Origin: Gammaproteobacteria bacterium
Lineage (GTDB): Bacteria > Pseudomonadota > Gammaproteobacteria > JBCCGL01
NCBI GenBank assembly: GCA_965277715.1
Contig: OZ255836.1
Location: forward strand, 3,789,254 to 3,853,253
Length of the DNA: 64,000 bases
Direction of reading: 5' to 3'
Shown here one piece after another: positions 1 through 9,413 of the stretch. The position numbers were made by a program, and so were the translations under genes. How positions within the stretch are numbered: the first letter of the stretch is position 1; the number at the start of each line of letters is the position of its first letter. The notes beneath the pieces were generated by a model. That model saw only the letters and a program-made list of their open reading frames with translations. It ran no database searches and was not told the origin of the DNA.

Positions 1-14
1 CTTGATAGCAGGTT

Positions 15-848
15 TTGGTACGGCTACACTCGCTGCCGGTAACGGTCATTTGGTTTATCTTGAATTATTCATCATCGCAGACAATACCGCTGTTAGCGGC
101 GCGGGGTATCAGTCGTCGCTTTGCCAATACGGTTGCCGTACATGAGGTTGACATTCATCTGGCGTGTGGTGATGTTGTCGGTTTTCTGGGGCTGAATGGC
201 GCGGGCAAAACCACCACTTTGCGCATGTTGTGCGGTACATTGGCGGCGGACAGCGGCGAGATTTTTATCGATGGCTTTGATGTGCGCCGCGAACCTCAGG
301 CAGCGCGTGCACGGCTGGGTTTTTTACCCGATACCCCGCCACTTTACCCAGAGCTCAGTGTCGATGAGTTTCTACGCTATTGCGCCAGGTTACGTCGGCT
401 GCCCAAAGCGCATATCACCGATAGTGTTGAACGCGTCAAACAGCAAACCGGGCTTGAATCACGGGGCCGACAACGCATTGCCGGGTTGTCACGGGGGTAT
501 CAGCAACGGCTCGGTATCGCCCAGGCCATTATCCACCAGCCCACCGTGGTGGTACTGGATGAACCCACCAACGGCCTGGATCCGCGCCAGATTGAAGAGA
601 TTCGCACCCTGATTGCGGCGTTGAGCGGGCACGCTGCTGTATTGCTTTCCACGCACCTGCTGGCGGAGGTCTATGCGGTGTGTAATCGTGTGCTGATTAT
701 CCACAAGGGTGTTATTGCGTATCAATCTACGCTGGATGCGTTATCCGGGCCGGATGCGCTGGCGCAGACGTTCTTCCGTATTACCGGGGAGACGGCCGGG
801 GTAGAGACAGCCGGGGTAGAGGCGACCAAGCCAGAGGCAAGCAGGTAA
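15..848 (+). CDS. ABC transporter ATP-binding protein, ABC-2/GldA-like. The true start may be an alternative codon near 59, and the 5' end may lie upstream of the window.
   Basis: Walker A motif GLNGAGKTTTLRM, ABC signature LSRGYQQRLGIAQA and Walker B VVVLDEPTNGLD. Start codon not resolved; possible alternative start near 59. The last codon overlaps the start of the next ORF (ATGA). A 15-bp tandem duplication at the C-terminus encodes TAGVETAGVEA. Confidence 0.85.
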   Translation: MVRLHSLPVTVIWFILNYSSSQTIPLLAARGISRRFANTVAVHEVDIHLACGDVVGFLGLNGAGKTTTLRMLCGTLAADSGEIFIDGFDVRREPQAARARLGFLPDTPPLYPELSVDEFLRYCARLRRLPKAHITDSVERVKQQTGLESRGRQRIAGLSRGYQQRLGIAQAIIHQPTVVVLDEPTNGLDPRQIEEIRTLIAALSGHAAVLLSTHLLAEVYAVCNRVLIIHKGVIAYQSTLDALSGPDALAQTFFRITGETAGVETAGVEATKPEASR

Positions 849-1597
849 TGATTCTCACGATTACCCAAAAAGAATGGAAAACCCTGTTTCGATCACCGTT
901 GAGCTGGGTGGCGCTGGCGGTGATACAAATTGTATTTGCCTGGTTATACCTGTTGGCATTGGAGGGGTGGTTGCAAATACAGGCACAACGCGCCCTGCAG
1001 GGTGGCAGCCAGGGGCTTACCGACTGGCTTATCGATCAATGCTTTGCCCCGGCCAGCACGGTATTGATGGCGGTGGCCCCCCTGTTGACGATGCGGCTGC
1101 TGGCTGATGAGCGGCGCACCAGTGGTATCGAGCTATTGTTGTCTTCACCTGTGGCGCCGGGGCATATTGTTTTGGGAAAGTTCCTGGCGGCGCTGGGTAT
1201 CTACGCCGTGTTGTTGTTACAGCTTGCTGCCTTACAACTGGTATTGCTGCCATTTATTGCGATTGATCTGGGTGCACTCGGTACAGCGTTACTAGGCTTG
1301 CTGTTATTTTGCGCCGCCTGCTGTGCTATTGGGGTGTATTTTTCGTGCCTTACCCGGCAGTCATCGGTTGCTGCGCTGGGCAGTTTTGGGGTGTTGTTTT
1401 TGCTGTGGGTGGCCGGTATTTCGGCGGGCGCGCCCGTGTCTAATAGTGTGTTCACCTATTTATCGATTGCGGGGCATCTCGATGCTTTTTTAAACGGATT
1501 GCTCGATTCTGCCGATGTCTTCTATTACCTGTTGGTGTGCGCTGTATTTTTGAGTATGGCAGTCCGCCACGTCGATAATCTGCGGATGCAGCCGTAA
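848..1597 (+). CDS. ABC-2 family permease (GldF-like)
   Basis: 249-aa polytopic hydrophobic protein. It is translationally coupled to the upstream ATPase and the downstream GldG-like gene. Confidence 0.75.
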   Translation: MILTITQKEWKTLFRSPLSWVALAVIQIVFAWLYLLALEGWLQIQAQRALQGGSQGLTDWLIDQCFAPASTVLMAVAPLLTMRLLADERRTSGIELLLSSPVAPGHIVLGKFLAALGIYAVLLLQLAALQLVLLPFIAIDLGALGTALLGLLLFCAACCAIGVYFSCLTRQSSVAALGSFGVLFLLWVAGISAGAPVSNSVFTYLSIAGHLDAFLNGLLDSADVFYYLLVCAVFLSMAVRHVDNLRMQP

Positions 1598-2931
1598 TGG
1601 CGCCCACGGTGATACGGTTAAAAAGTGTCTTGTTTGTCGGTGCTTTGTTGTTGCTTGCGGCATTGTTGGCCTGGTTAAGCGTGAATCACTCTGTACAGAT
1701 CGATACGACCGCGCAGGCCAGGCACTCGCTGTCGGTGGCTTCAGTGCGTGTTGTGCAATCGCTGGATGGCGCGCTGCGTATCGATGCCTGGCTGGAACCG
1801 AATGCACAGGCAAAACGCCAGATTGTGCGTATGATCGATCGCTATCAGCAACACAAAGCAGATATTGCGCTGCATTTTATCAATCCGGTGACTTCACCTG
1901 CGCAGGCACGCGAAAAAGGTATTTATGCGGGGGGGGAGTTGATTCTACACTGGCGGGGGCGCGAGCAGCGGTTGCGGTCAATCAGCGAAAAAACCATTAC
2001 TTATGCGCTGATGCGTTTGTTGCGTGAAAGTCAACCGATAGTCCGTTTTGTCAGTGGGCACCTGGAACGGCAGCCGGATTCAGCCGCCCGCCAGGGCTAT
2101 CAGCAATTTACCCGGCACTTGCGCACGCTTGGTTTTCGCGTGGAAACACTGAGCCTGATCAACACCCCGGTGGTGCCAGCCGATACCGATGTGCTGGTGA
2201 TTGCGGCAGCGGCGGGAGGGTATTTTCCCGGCGAGTCGGCCAGTGTTGTTAACTACCTGGAGAGTGGTGGCAATCTGTTGTGGTTGCTGGAGCCGGGCTT
2301 GCCCAATGCCCCTGTCGAGCTTGCCGCAACGCTGGGGCTATCGGTATTGCCAGGGGTGATTGTCGATGTGGCCAGCCAACAGTTGGCGGTCGATACACCT
2401 GATTTTGCGGTTATTGACCACTACCCGGTGCACCCGGCGTTACCCGAACGCCTGCCAACCACCTTATTTCCACAGGCGGTGGGCTTGTCTTTTCCGGCGG
2501 TATTTGGCTGGCAGTTGCAGCCACTGCTGGTGACCAGTGAAAAGAGTTGGAACGAGACTGGCCAGATTGCCGGAAAGATCAGCTACAACCCGGATAGCGA
2601 AGAGCGGGCGGGGCCATTGCTACTCGGCGCGACACTGCAACGCCAGCGCGGGGTGCGTGAGCAGCGTGTGGCGGTCATCGGGGATGCCGATTTTTTGGCC
2701 AATAGCTGGCTGGGTAATGGTGGTAATTTGTACCTTGGCCAACAGTTATACAACTGGCTGGGTGGGCATCAGCCGTTGCCGGTGATTGCGCCTGTACAGG
2801 CGGCCGATGCGCAACTGATCCTGCCGGGGTTCGCGATCGGTGCATTGGGTTTTGGGTTTCTTGTTATTTTACCGGGCGTTTATCTATTGTTGGCATTTCT
2901 GTGTTGGCGCAGAGGTCTGCTGTGTGGTTAA
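1597..2931 (+). CDS. ABC-type transport auxiliary component (GldG-like)
   Basis: 444 aa with N- and C-terminal transmembrane anchors and a large extracytoplasmic domain. It shares an ATGG overlap with the preceding permease. The three-gene architecture is typical of GldA/F/G-type systems. Confidence 0.7.
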   Translation: MAPTVIRLKSVLFVGALLLLAALLAWLSVNHSVQIDTTAQARHSLSVASVRVVQSLDGALRIDAWLEPNAQAKRQIVRMIDRYQQHKADIALHFINPVTSPAQAREKGIYAGGELILHWRGREQRLRSISEKTITYALMRLLRESQPIVRFVSGHLERQPDSAARQGYQQFTRHLRTLGFRVETLSLINTPVVPADTDVLVIAAAAGGYFPGESASVVNYLESGGNLLWLLEPGLPNAPVELAATLGLSVLPGVIVDVASQQLAVDTPDFAVIDHYPVHPALPERLPTTLFPQAVGLSFPAVFGWQLQPLLVTSEKSWNETGQIAGKISYNPDSEERAGPLLLGATLQRQRGVREQRVAVIGDADFLANSWLGNGGNLYLGQQLYNWLGGHQPLPVIAPVQAADAQLILPGFAIGALGFGFLVILPGVYLLLAFLCWRRGLLCG

Positions 2932-3125
2932 GCGCTGGCAAACCGTCAATATAAGGTAGACGACGCGCTAGGCTAAAGTTTCCAGCACCATAGACGTTAA
3001 CGTATACAAGGCATTTGTTTAATAACAGGCACTATTTGAACCTATGCAATTACATGTGACTCTTAAATTTTTTGTAAAAATATAAATAGACAGCTATAGC
3101 ATAACCACTCCCACCCGTTTACAGG

Positions 3126-6089
3126 TTGAAGCATAACGTGATGACTAATACCGCTGAGGGTACGCAGCCTGAGCCAATTAACCATGAACCGATTACTCAG
3201 GCAATCAATGCGCTGGGTAGTTACCACCGCTACTTTACTGAAACCGATCAGGCGAATCAGTTGGTTGAGTGGGTGTATCGCGAAACGGGGTTCAGCAAAG
3301 GCATAGTGCGGGCTGCTGTCAAGCGCATTGCACTGTTTGTACTGGCTGGGCAAATAAAAGAGAGCGAACAGCAGGCTGAAGCGGCGGCGGGTCTGTTCGC
3401 GAAGCTACCGCATTACCATGCATACCTCTGGTTTGCTCACGCGTTGCTGGATGTGCTCAATGCTAAAGCGGATACCAACACAGCGCTGGATAAGGTGCTA
3501 CAAGTACCTACCGTGCAAGACTTGGCGGCACTTGATGAAACGCAAACGCACTGGGGGCGGTTAAGTCCTGAAACACAGGGCCTGGCACAATTACTGATGG
3601 TGCAAAGCCGCGAAGTAGCAAGCCAGCAGCAATTGCAACAACAATTTATTGAGGTGATGAAACACCTGCATGCTATCCCGGAGCTGGAAACAACCGAGCA
3701 CCGCAGAGCACGTTGTGCAGGGGTTGTACCGGGTAGTATGTTGTGGCTTAACCATGCCGGTCAGCAAACCCAATGCCTTGGCCGCAGTGATTTTATTCAA
3801 CAGTTAGCCACTTTTTTCTATAAACAGCCCACCTTTAGCTGGTGGGTTATCACTGGGGCTGGCGGCGTCGGCAAACGGCGGGTTGTTTTTGAAACATTGC
3901 AACAGCTACCTTTTGTGTGGTGTAGCGGTTTCCTGCTTAAACAGCAATTTAATGCCGACACTGACTGGTCACAGTGGCGGCCTGGCAACCCGACTGTGAT
4001 TGTTATTGAGGGTGCGGAGGAACACCCACAGGCTATTGCCAATATGATTGATCAATTGCACAGCAATCAGGGTGTGTATAACTTTCCGGTACGGTTATTG
4101 TTATTGGCACGCCAGGCCGAGGGGCAGTCGTGGTGGAAAAGTTTGGTGGGGACAATCCCCGGTAGTCAATTGCGTAAACAGTGCCTTTATAAGGGCACCT
4201 CTCATACTATATTGCCGCTCAATCAATTTGGGCAAAAGCAGTTATTGAAAAACCTGCTTCAGGTGCTTGGCAGTAATAGCGAGCTGCCCGCCAGTGACCA
4301 CCCGTTTTGGTCGCACCTGAATGTCATCAGTGTGGGCAAGCCATTGTTGGTTGGCATGGTAGCGATTGCTATTGAACAACAGGGGTTTGATGTGGTTGGC
4401 GATTATTCCCAGGAGGATTTATTGCAGTATTTACTGGAAAATGAAAAACGTCGCTGGGCACCCCAATTAGGCGAGGTGGCCAACAGTGATCAGGCAATGC
4501 AAAAGTTTTATCATTTTATAATGATTAACCATATCGCCAGAGAGGTGTTTACCGACCCTACCAAGATTGAACGCCAGAGTGCTTTATTACTTGCCACTCA
4601 AATCGGCAGTAGCGATAAGGTGCTGGGTTATTACTGGAAAAAGGCGGCTGAAATACGCTTTAACGAGATAGAGGCAGATATTTTTACTGAGTTTTTCGCC
4701 TGTGTGCAATGGCGGCAAACCACTGATTCCGGCGCATTAACCATAAAACACTACCGCACAGCTGCGTATCTATTGCACCCAGTGAATACCCGTGCATTTA
4801 TTGTGCAGATGGCGGTGGATTTTCCTGCCGATACCGGTGCTCTTCACTGGGTTGATGAACTGCTGGCATTCGTTGCAGACAATACTATGCGCAGCGAAAT
4901 GGCGCATATTCATCAGGCTGTTTTTGATGTGGTGGGGCAATTATATTTGCACGGTGAATACAATGTGGCGCTGGATTGGCTGAAACGGGTTACCACAGTG
5001 GAAGATCAACATCTGCGTGCACGTGCACTGAACCAGTGTGGCATGCAAAATCAGCATTTGGGTAATACTGATACCGCATTAGCGGTTTATCAGCAATCTC
5101 TGGCACTGTACCGGGAGAGCAGTGACAAATTAAGCGAGGTGCAGGTATTAAGCAATATTGCACACTTGTTTGAATCGTGTAAAGACTACGCCAATGCGAT
5201 GGATTACCGGCAGCAGTTATACGCCCTCCACCAGGAAATAGGTGATAAGACGGGTGAGGCAACCGCATTGGATATGATGGCAGGCATAGCGCATATCTGC
5301 GGTGACTATGATACTGCGCTGAATCACCTTGAACACGCATTGAACCTTAAACAGGCAGTGGGGGATAAGCGCAGTATAGATAATACCACCAAAGGCATTC
5401 TGCGACTCCTGCGGGCACAAGGCGGCCACGATGCGGTGTTGAAATACCTGAACCAACAACTTGAGAGTAAGCGGGCGAGTGGTGATAAGGCGGGTGAAAG
5501 CGATGTGCTCACTTATTTATCGCACGCCCATAAAGCGCACAGCAATAACGGCACAGCGCTGGATTATATGAAGCAGGTGCTGAGTATTAAACAGGCCATT
5601 GGCGATAAAGTCGGCGAGGGTATTGTATTGAATGAAATCGCCACGGCGGAACATGCGCTTGGCAGCCATCACCGTGCGTTGGATTACTTGCGACAGGCAT
5701 GGGTTATAAAGCGTGAAACAGGCGATAAGGCAGGTGAAGGCACTGTACTGAACAATCTCTCTCAAATTCACGATGCACTTGGTGATCGTGCGACAGCGCT
5801 GAAGTATTTGCAACAATCGCTGAAGCTCCAGGGACAGGTCGGTGATTGGAGCGGTATGTGCCCAACGCTGTTTAATATTGGCCTTAATTATTGGCAGGAT
5901 AATGAACAACAAAAAGCGATGGCAAACTGGTTGGAGATGTATGGCATTGCAACAAATATTCATCAAACGCAGGCAATCCAGACACTGGAAAAACTGAGCA
6001 ATCAACTGGGTTTGAAAGGGGGCTTAGCTAAGTGGGAGGAACTCTGGAAGGCCAAGGTAGAGAATATTATGGATAAACCGCCTGAATAA
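3126..6089 (+). CDS. STAND-class P-loop NTPase with C-terminal TPR repeat array and an N-terminal domain of unknown function
   Basis: Walker A motif GAGGVGKRR at about aa 233, a Walker-B-like VIVIEGAEE, and at least 8 TPR-like repeats of roughly 40 aa with the recurring pattern ALDY..Q.L.I..E.GDK.GE across aa 610-960. An AT-rich 190-bp leader lies upstream. Confidence 0.8.
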   Translation: MKHNVMTNTAEGTQPEPINHEPITQAINALGSYHRYFTETDQANQLVEWVYRETGFSKGIVRAAVKRIALFVLAGQIKESEQQAEAAAGLFAKLPHYHAYLWFAHALLDVLNAKADTNTALDKVLQVPTVQDLAALDETQTHWGRLSPETQGLAQLLMVQSREVASQQQLQQQFIEVMKHLHAIPELETTEHRRARCAGVVPGSMLWLNHAGQQTQCLGRSDFIQQLATFFYKQPTFSWWVITGAGGVGKRRVVFETLQQLPFVWCSGFLLKQQFNADTDWSQWRPGNPTVIVIEGAEEHPQAIANMIDQLHSNQGVYNFPVRLLLLARQAEGQSWWKSLVGTIPGSQLRKQCLYKGTSHTILPLNQFGQKQLLKNLLQVLGSNSELPASDHPFWSHLNVISVGKPLLVGMVAIAIEQQGFDVVGDYSQEDLLQYLLENEKRRWAPQLGEVANSDQAMQKFYHFIMINHIAREVFTDPTKIERQSALLLATQIGSSDKVLGYYWKKAAEIRFNEIEADIFTEFFACVQWRQTTDSGALTIKHYRTAAYLLHPVNTRAFIVQMAVDFPADTGALHWVDELLAFVADNTMRSEMAHIHQAVFDVVGQLYLHGEYNVALDWLKRVTTVEDQHLRARALNQCGMQNQHLGNTDTALAVYQQSLALYRESSDKLSEVQVLSNIAHLFESCKDYANAMDYRQQLYALHQEIGDKTGEATALDMMAGIAHICGDYDTALNHLEHALNLKQAVGDKRSIDNTTKGILRLLRAQGGHDAVLKYLNQQLESKRASGDKAGESDVLTYLSHAHKAHSNNGTALDYMKQVLSIKQAIGDKVGEGIVLNEIATAEHALGSHHRALDYLRQAWVIKRETGDKAGEGTVLNNLSQIHDALGDRATALKYLQQSLKLQGQVGDWSGMCPTLFNIGLNYWQDNEQQKAMANWLEMYGIATNIHQTQAIQTLEKLSNQLGLKGGLAKWEELWKAKVENIMDKPPE

Positions 6090-6130
6090 ACTGACTGAAT
6101 AAACCAACTGAATAAACCAACTGAATAAAT
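6082..6130 (+). repeat. about 4 tandem copies of a 13-bp unit (CTGAATAAACCAA) that starts at the stop codon of the STAND gene
   Basis: Direct reading gives cctgaataaactgaCTGAATAAACCAACTGAATAAACCAACTGAATAAAT. Each unit carries TGA and TAA, so there are stops in all three frames. Confidence 0.7.
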
Positions 6131-6165
6131 CATTTGGGTGAGCGTTTGAGAGCAGTTCCCGGTAT

Positions 6166-6615
6166 TCACCCTTCACCCCGGTACTCGGCGGCTTCGATCC
6201 ATCCCATGTGGCCAAAACCGGCAATATAGCGCACCTGTTCAACATGGAGCCTGAAGAAATGAAAATCACCCAATGACAAATACTGGGCGGCATTTGGGTG
6301 CCGCTCAAGATAAATGTGCTGGATAGTGGTGTCACTGTCTGTCTGTATTGCTCTCCCCAGTAGTGTAACGCGTGGTTGGCTGAGCACTTCGCGGGTGTGT
6401 AGGCTGGGCGCAATGAGCACTGAGGCGCGTGCGTTGCGTTGCAGGTAGCTACGGTGTTCGGCCAGTTGGCTTAGCAGCATAATAATATCGCCATTGTCTG
6501 CGGCAGCAATTTCAACAACCGACCCATAAGGTGTGCCGTCGTCACTGAGCGATGACAACACAGCACTGCTGGCCTGCCCGGCGAGTGCGCGTGCCATGTT
6601 GGCGAGTGTTGTCAT
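6166..6615 (-). CDS. pyridoxamine-5'-phosphate-oxidase-like FMN-binding split-barrel protein (general stress protein 26 family)
   Basis: 149 aa. The fold was assigned by motif-level resemblance only. It overlaps the ntrC stop by 4 bp. Confidence 0.45.
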   Translation of the reverse strand: MTTLANMARALAGQASSAVLSSLSDDGTPYGSVVEIAAADNGDIIMLLSQLAEHRSYLQRNARASVLIAPSLHTREVLSQPRVTLLGRAIQTDSDTTIQHIYLERHPNAAQYLSLGDFHFFRLHVEQVRYIAGFGHMGWIEAAEYRGEG

Positions 6616-8039
6616 GTTAAATTCAACTCATTGATTTTTCGGCTTAAGGTATTCCTGCCCCAGCCAATTAATTTAGCGGCGTTTTGCCGGTTGTTGTGGG
6701 TTTTTTGCAAAGCGCACTCGATCAGTGTTTTTTCAAAGATCGGTAGTGCTTCGGCGAGCAGGGGCGTGTCATCTCTGGCAATCGCTCGTTTTAACCAACA
6801 CTGCAGTGGGTATTGCCAGCTTTCATCATCGGTATTGCCCACTGCCTGGTGAAGCTCTTCTGGTAGGTCGCTAATGTTAATGCTATCCCCCAGTGCCATT
6901 GCCGTCAGCCATCGACACAGGTTTTCCAGTTGCCGGACGTTCCCTGGCCACGGCAGTGTCTGCAGGTGAGAGACCATTTCACTGTTTGCCTGCTTGGGTT
7001 CGGTATTTAACTCACTGGCAGCCTGTGTGAGAAAAAAATTCAACAGGGCGGGAATATCTTCGCGGCGTTCGCGCAGTGGCGGTACGTTGATACGGATAAC
7101 ATTGAGCCGGTGGTATAAATCCTCACGAAACTGCTGCCGGGAAACGCGTGCTTCCAGGTCGCGATGTGTGGCGGCGATAATACGCACATCCACGGTTACC
7201 GGGGTGTGCCCACCCACACGGTAAAATTGACCCTCGGCGAGTACCCGCAGCAATCGGGTTTGTAGGTTCTCGGACATATCACCGATTTCATCGAGAAACA
7301 ACGTGCCGCCGTTGGCTTGCTCAAAACGTCCGTGGCGCATTGCGTGCGCGCCGGTAAACGCCCCTTTTTCGTGGCCAAATAATTCGGATTCGATTAAATC
7401 GTGGGGGATAGCGGCGACATTCAGTGCGATAAAGGACTGTTGCGCACGCGGGCTATGGCGGTGTAGTGCACGCGCAATAAGTTCTTTACCGACACCGGAT
7501 TCGCCATTGATCAACACGGTCATCGTGGTGCGTGTAAGCCGCCCGATAGCGCGGAAAACCTGCTGCATGGCCGGTGCCTCACCAATCAGTTCGGGGGGGT
7601 TGGTGTGTGTTGCGCCTGAATTTTTCGCCAAGAGGGTTTTTGCTGTACCCGGTGGTGTGGATTGGGCTGTGTGCCACTCGCAGGCTCTGGCGCTGACACT
7701 GAGCACGGCATCGATATCAAACGGTTTTGGTAAATACTCGAAAGCACCACCCTGGTAGGCCGAGACAGCACTGTCGAGATCGGCGTGTGCGGTGATAATA
7801 ATTACTGGAATATCCGGGTAGCGCTGGCGAAATGCATCCAGAAACACCAACCCGGATTCACCGGGCATACGAATATCGCTGATGATCGCCTGTGGTGGTG
7901 GCGATTCTGCCATTGCCAGCCGTGCGCTGTGGGTGTCGGCAAAGCAGCGCACCTGGTATTGTGCCTTTTGCAGCGCCCGTTGCAACACCCAGCGGATAGA
8001 ATCGTCGTCGTCGATAACCCAAATTAAATAATGGGGCAT
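6612..8039 (-). CDS. ntrC: nitrogen regulation protein NR(I), a sigma-54-dependent response regulator
   Basis: REC domain (VIDDDDSIR), AAA+ sigma-54 activator motifs GESGVGKE and ESELFGHEKGAFTGA, and a C-terminal Fis-type HTH. The ATG overlaps the ntrB stop. Confidence 0.9.
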   Translation of the reverse strand: MPHYLIWVIDDDDSIRWVLQRALQKAQYQVRCFADTHSARLAMAESPPPQAIISDIRMPGESGLVFLDAFRQRYPDIPVIIITAHADLDSAVSAYQGGAFEYLPKPFDIDAVLSVSARACEWHTAQSTPPGTAKTLLAKNSGATHTNPPELIGEAPAMQQVFRAIGRLTRTTMTVLINGESGVGKELIARALHRHSPRAQQSFIALNVAAIPHDLIESELFGHEKGAFTGAHAMRHGRFEQANGGTLFLDEIGDMSENLQTRLLRVLAEGQFYRVGGHTPVTVDVRIIAATHRDLEARVSRQQFREDLYHRLNVIRINVPPLRERREDIPALLNFFLTQAASELNTEPKQANSEMVSHLQTLPWPGNVRQLENLCRWLTAMALGDSINISDLPEELHQAVGNTDDESWQYPLQCWLKRAIARDDTPLLAEALPIFEKTLIECALQKTHNNRQNAAKLIGWGRNTLSRKINELNLT

Positions 8040-9166
8040 TATGGCACCTGGTCACTATCTGACAGTGGTAGATAAACGGTAAAAACAGTGCGGCCCGGTT
8101 CGTTTACCGCTTCTATCAAACCGTTTAACTGGCCAGCCAGGCGCTGTGCAATAGAGAGTCCCAGGCCGTTACCGCCATTGCGTGCGCTGACCATCGGGTA
8201 AAACAATGTGGCATAAACGGATGCGGGAATGCCTGGGCCATCGTCGATAATATGTACAGCGGCCACGAGTTTGTGCATTACCGAGCGGATGGTAAAGGCC
8301 CGCTGTATACGGGTTTTAAAGGTGATGGTACCCTCCTCACCGATCGCCTGTACGGCGTTGCGTGTAATATTTAAAAAGAGTTGCACCAGCCAGTCCCGCT
8401 CTGCCCATAGATGCGGGATACTGGGGTCGTAATCGGCCTGAAATATAATGCTGTTATCGGTTTCTGCGCAGACCAGTGTTTTAACATATTCAAGTGTTTC
8501 ATGGATATTGACTTCACTGCGTTGCGCCCACGTGCCAGGCCCTAATAGCCGGTCGAGCAATGCCTGTAAGCGATCAGCTTCGCCGACGATAATACGTGTG
8601 TACTCCAGTAGTGCTTTGTCTGGCAGCTCACTTTCCAGTAGCTGTGCGGCGCCGCGCAAGCCACCCAGTGGGTTTCTAATCTCGTGAGCCAGTTCGTGTA
8701 ATAGTGTGTCAGATGCCTGTTGTTGAACCAACAGCGCCTGCTCACGGCTCAGGCGGGCGTGGTGCCCGCTATCCGTCAGTTCAAACAGTGCCCATTGGCG
8801 GTTATTACCTGTGTAATCATCCGGGTAATTATCTGGATTTATGGCATTACCTGGGCCATAGGTCACTGAACAATCGATCAATAACTCCCGCCGGTCATGC
8901 GGTAGTGTTACACGAACCTCGCGTTCAACATAGCACTGTGATGTGCCCATGTGGTGCATCAATCGGGTTTCAAATGCCGTGGGAAAACGCAGATAGTCGA
9001 ATAGCGGCACACCCCGTAATTTATTGTCACTGGCTGAAACCAATTGTTCGGCTGCACTATTGGCGAACGTAATACGCAACTGCCCGTCAGCCAGGAATAC
9101 CGCCGTATTCATGTTGTTAAGTAGCTGATCAGTGGGAAACGGTATGTGTGCACTAACTTGGGGCAT
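8039..9166 (-). CDS. ntrB: nitrogen regulation sensor histidine kinase NR(II)
   Basis: N-terminal PAS domain, H-box HEIRNPLGG, and HATPase N/G boxes. The ORF can extend to a GTG at 9181, but the ATG at 9166 (MPQVSAH...) aligns better with NtrB N-termini. Confidence 0.85.
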   Translation of the reverse strand: MPQVSAHIPFPTDQLLNNMNTAVFLADGQLRITFANSAAEQLVSASDNKLRGVPLFDYLRFPTAFETRLMHHMGTSQCYVEREVRVTLPHDRRELLIDCSVTYGPGNAINPDNYPDDYTGNNRQWALFELTDSGHHARLSREQALLVQQQASDTLLHELAHEIRNPLGGLRGAAQLLESELPDKALLEYTRIIVGEADRLQALLDRLLGPGTWAQRSEVNIHETLEYVKTLVCAETDNSIIFQADYDPSIPHLWAERDWLVQLFLNITRNAVQAIGEEGTITFKTRIQRAFTIRSVMHKLVAAVHIIDDGPGIPASVYATLFYPMVSARNGGNGLGLSIAQRLAGQLNGLIEAVNEPGRTVFTVYLPLSDSDQVP

Positions 9167-9176
9167 GGCGGCATTA

Positions 9177-9193
9177 TGCACTAATAGTGTGCA
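9177..9193 (-). promoter_or_regulatory. NtrC-type dyad TGCACT-N5-TGTGCA overlapping the ntrB start, a possible autoregulatory site
   Basis: The sequence TGCACTAATAGTGTGCA fits the 17-bp consensus TGCACC-N5-GGTGCA with 2 mismatches. Confidence 0.3.
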
Positions 9194-9413
9194 TAGTTTG
9201 GCTCAATATGTGCGAACTGTTAATTAAATTGATTTAATGGTATTGAACCTAAACCTGATTAATTGAATCTACTGGGTCAATCAGGTTAAAAGATCGAACA
9301 AGTGAGTAGCGTTGCGTATATTTCACACTCGATGAACTATCTCTACTGTACAATCAGTTGCATACACAGAGTACGTTTAATCCAATTTATTTGTACCAAG
9401 GGAAACAAATCAT

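Noticed and set aside
3063-3353. 96-aa minus-strand ORF at the start of the STAND gene
   Set aside because: It overlaps the AT-rich leader and the first codons of the strongly supported STAND ORF, and has no motifs.
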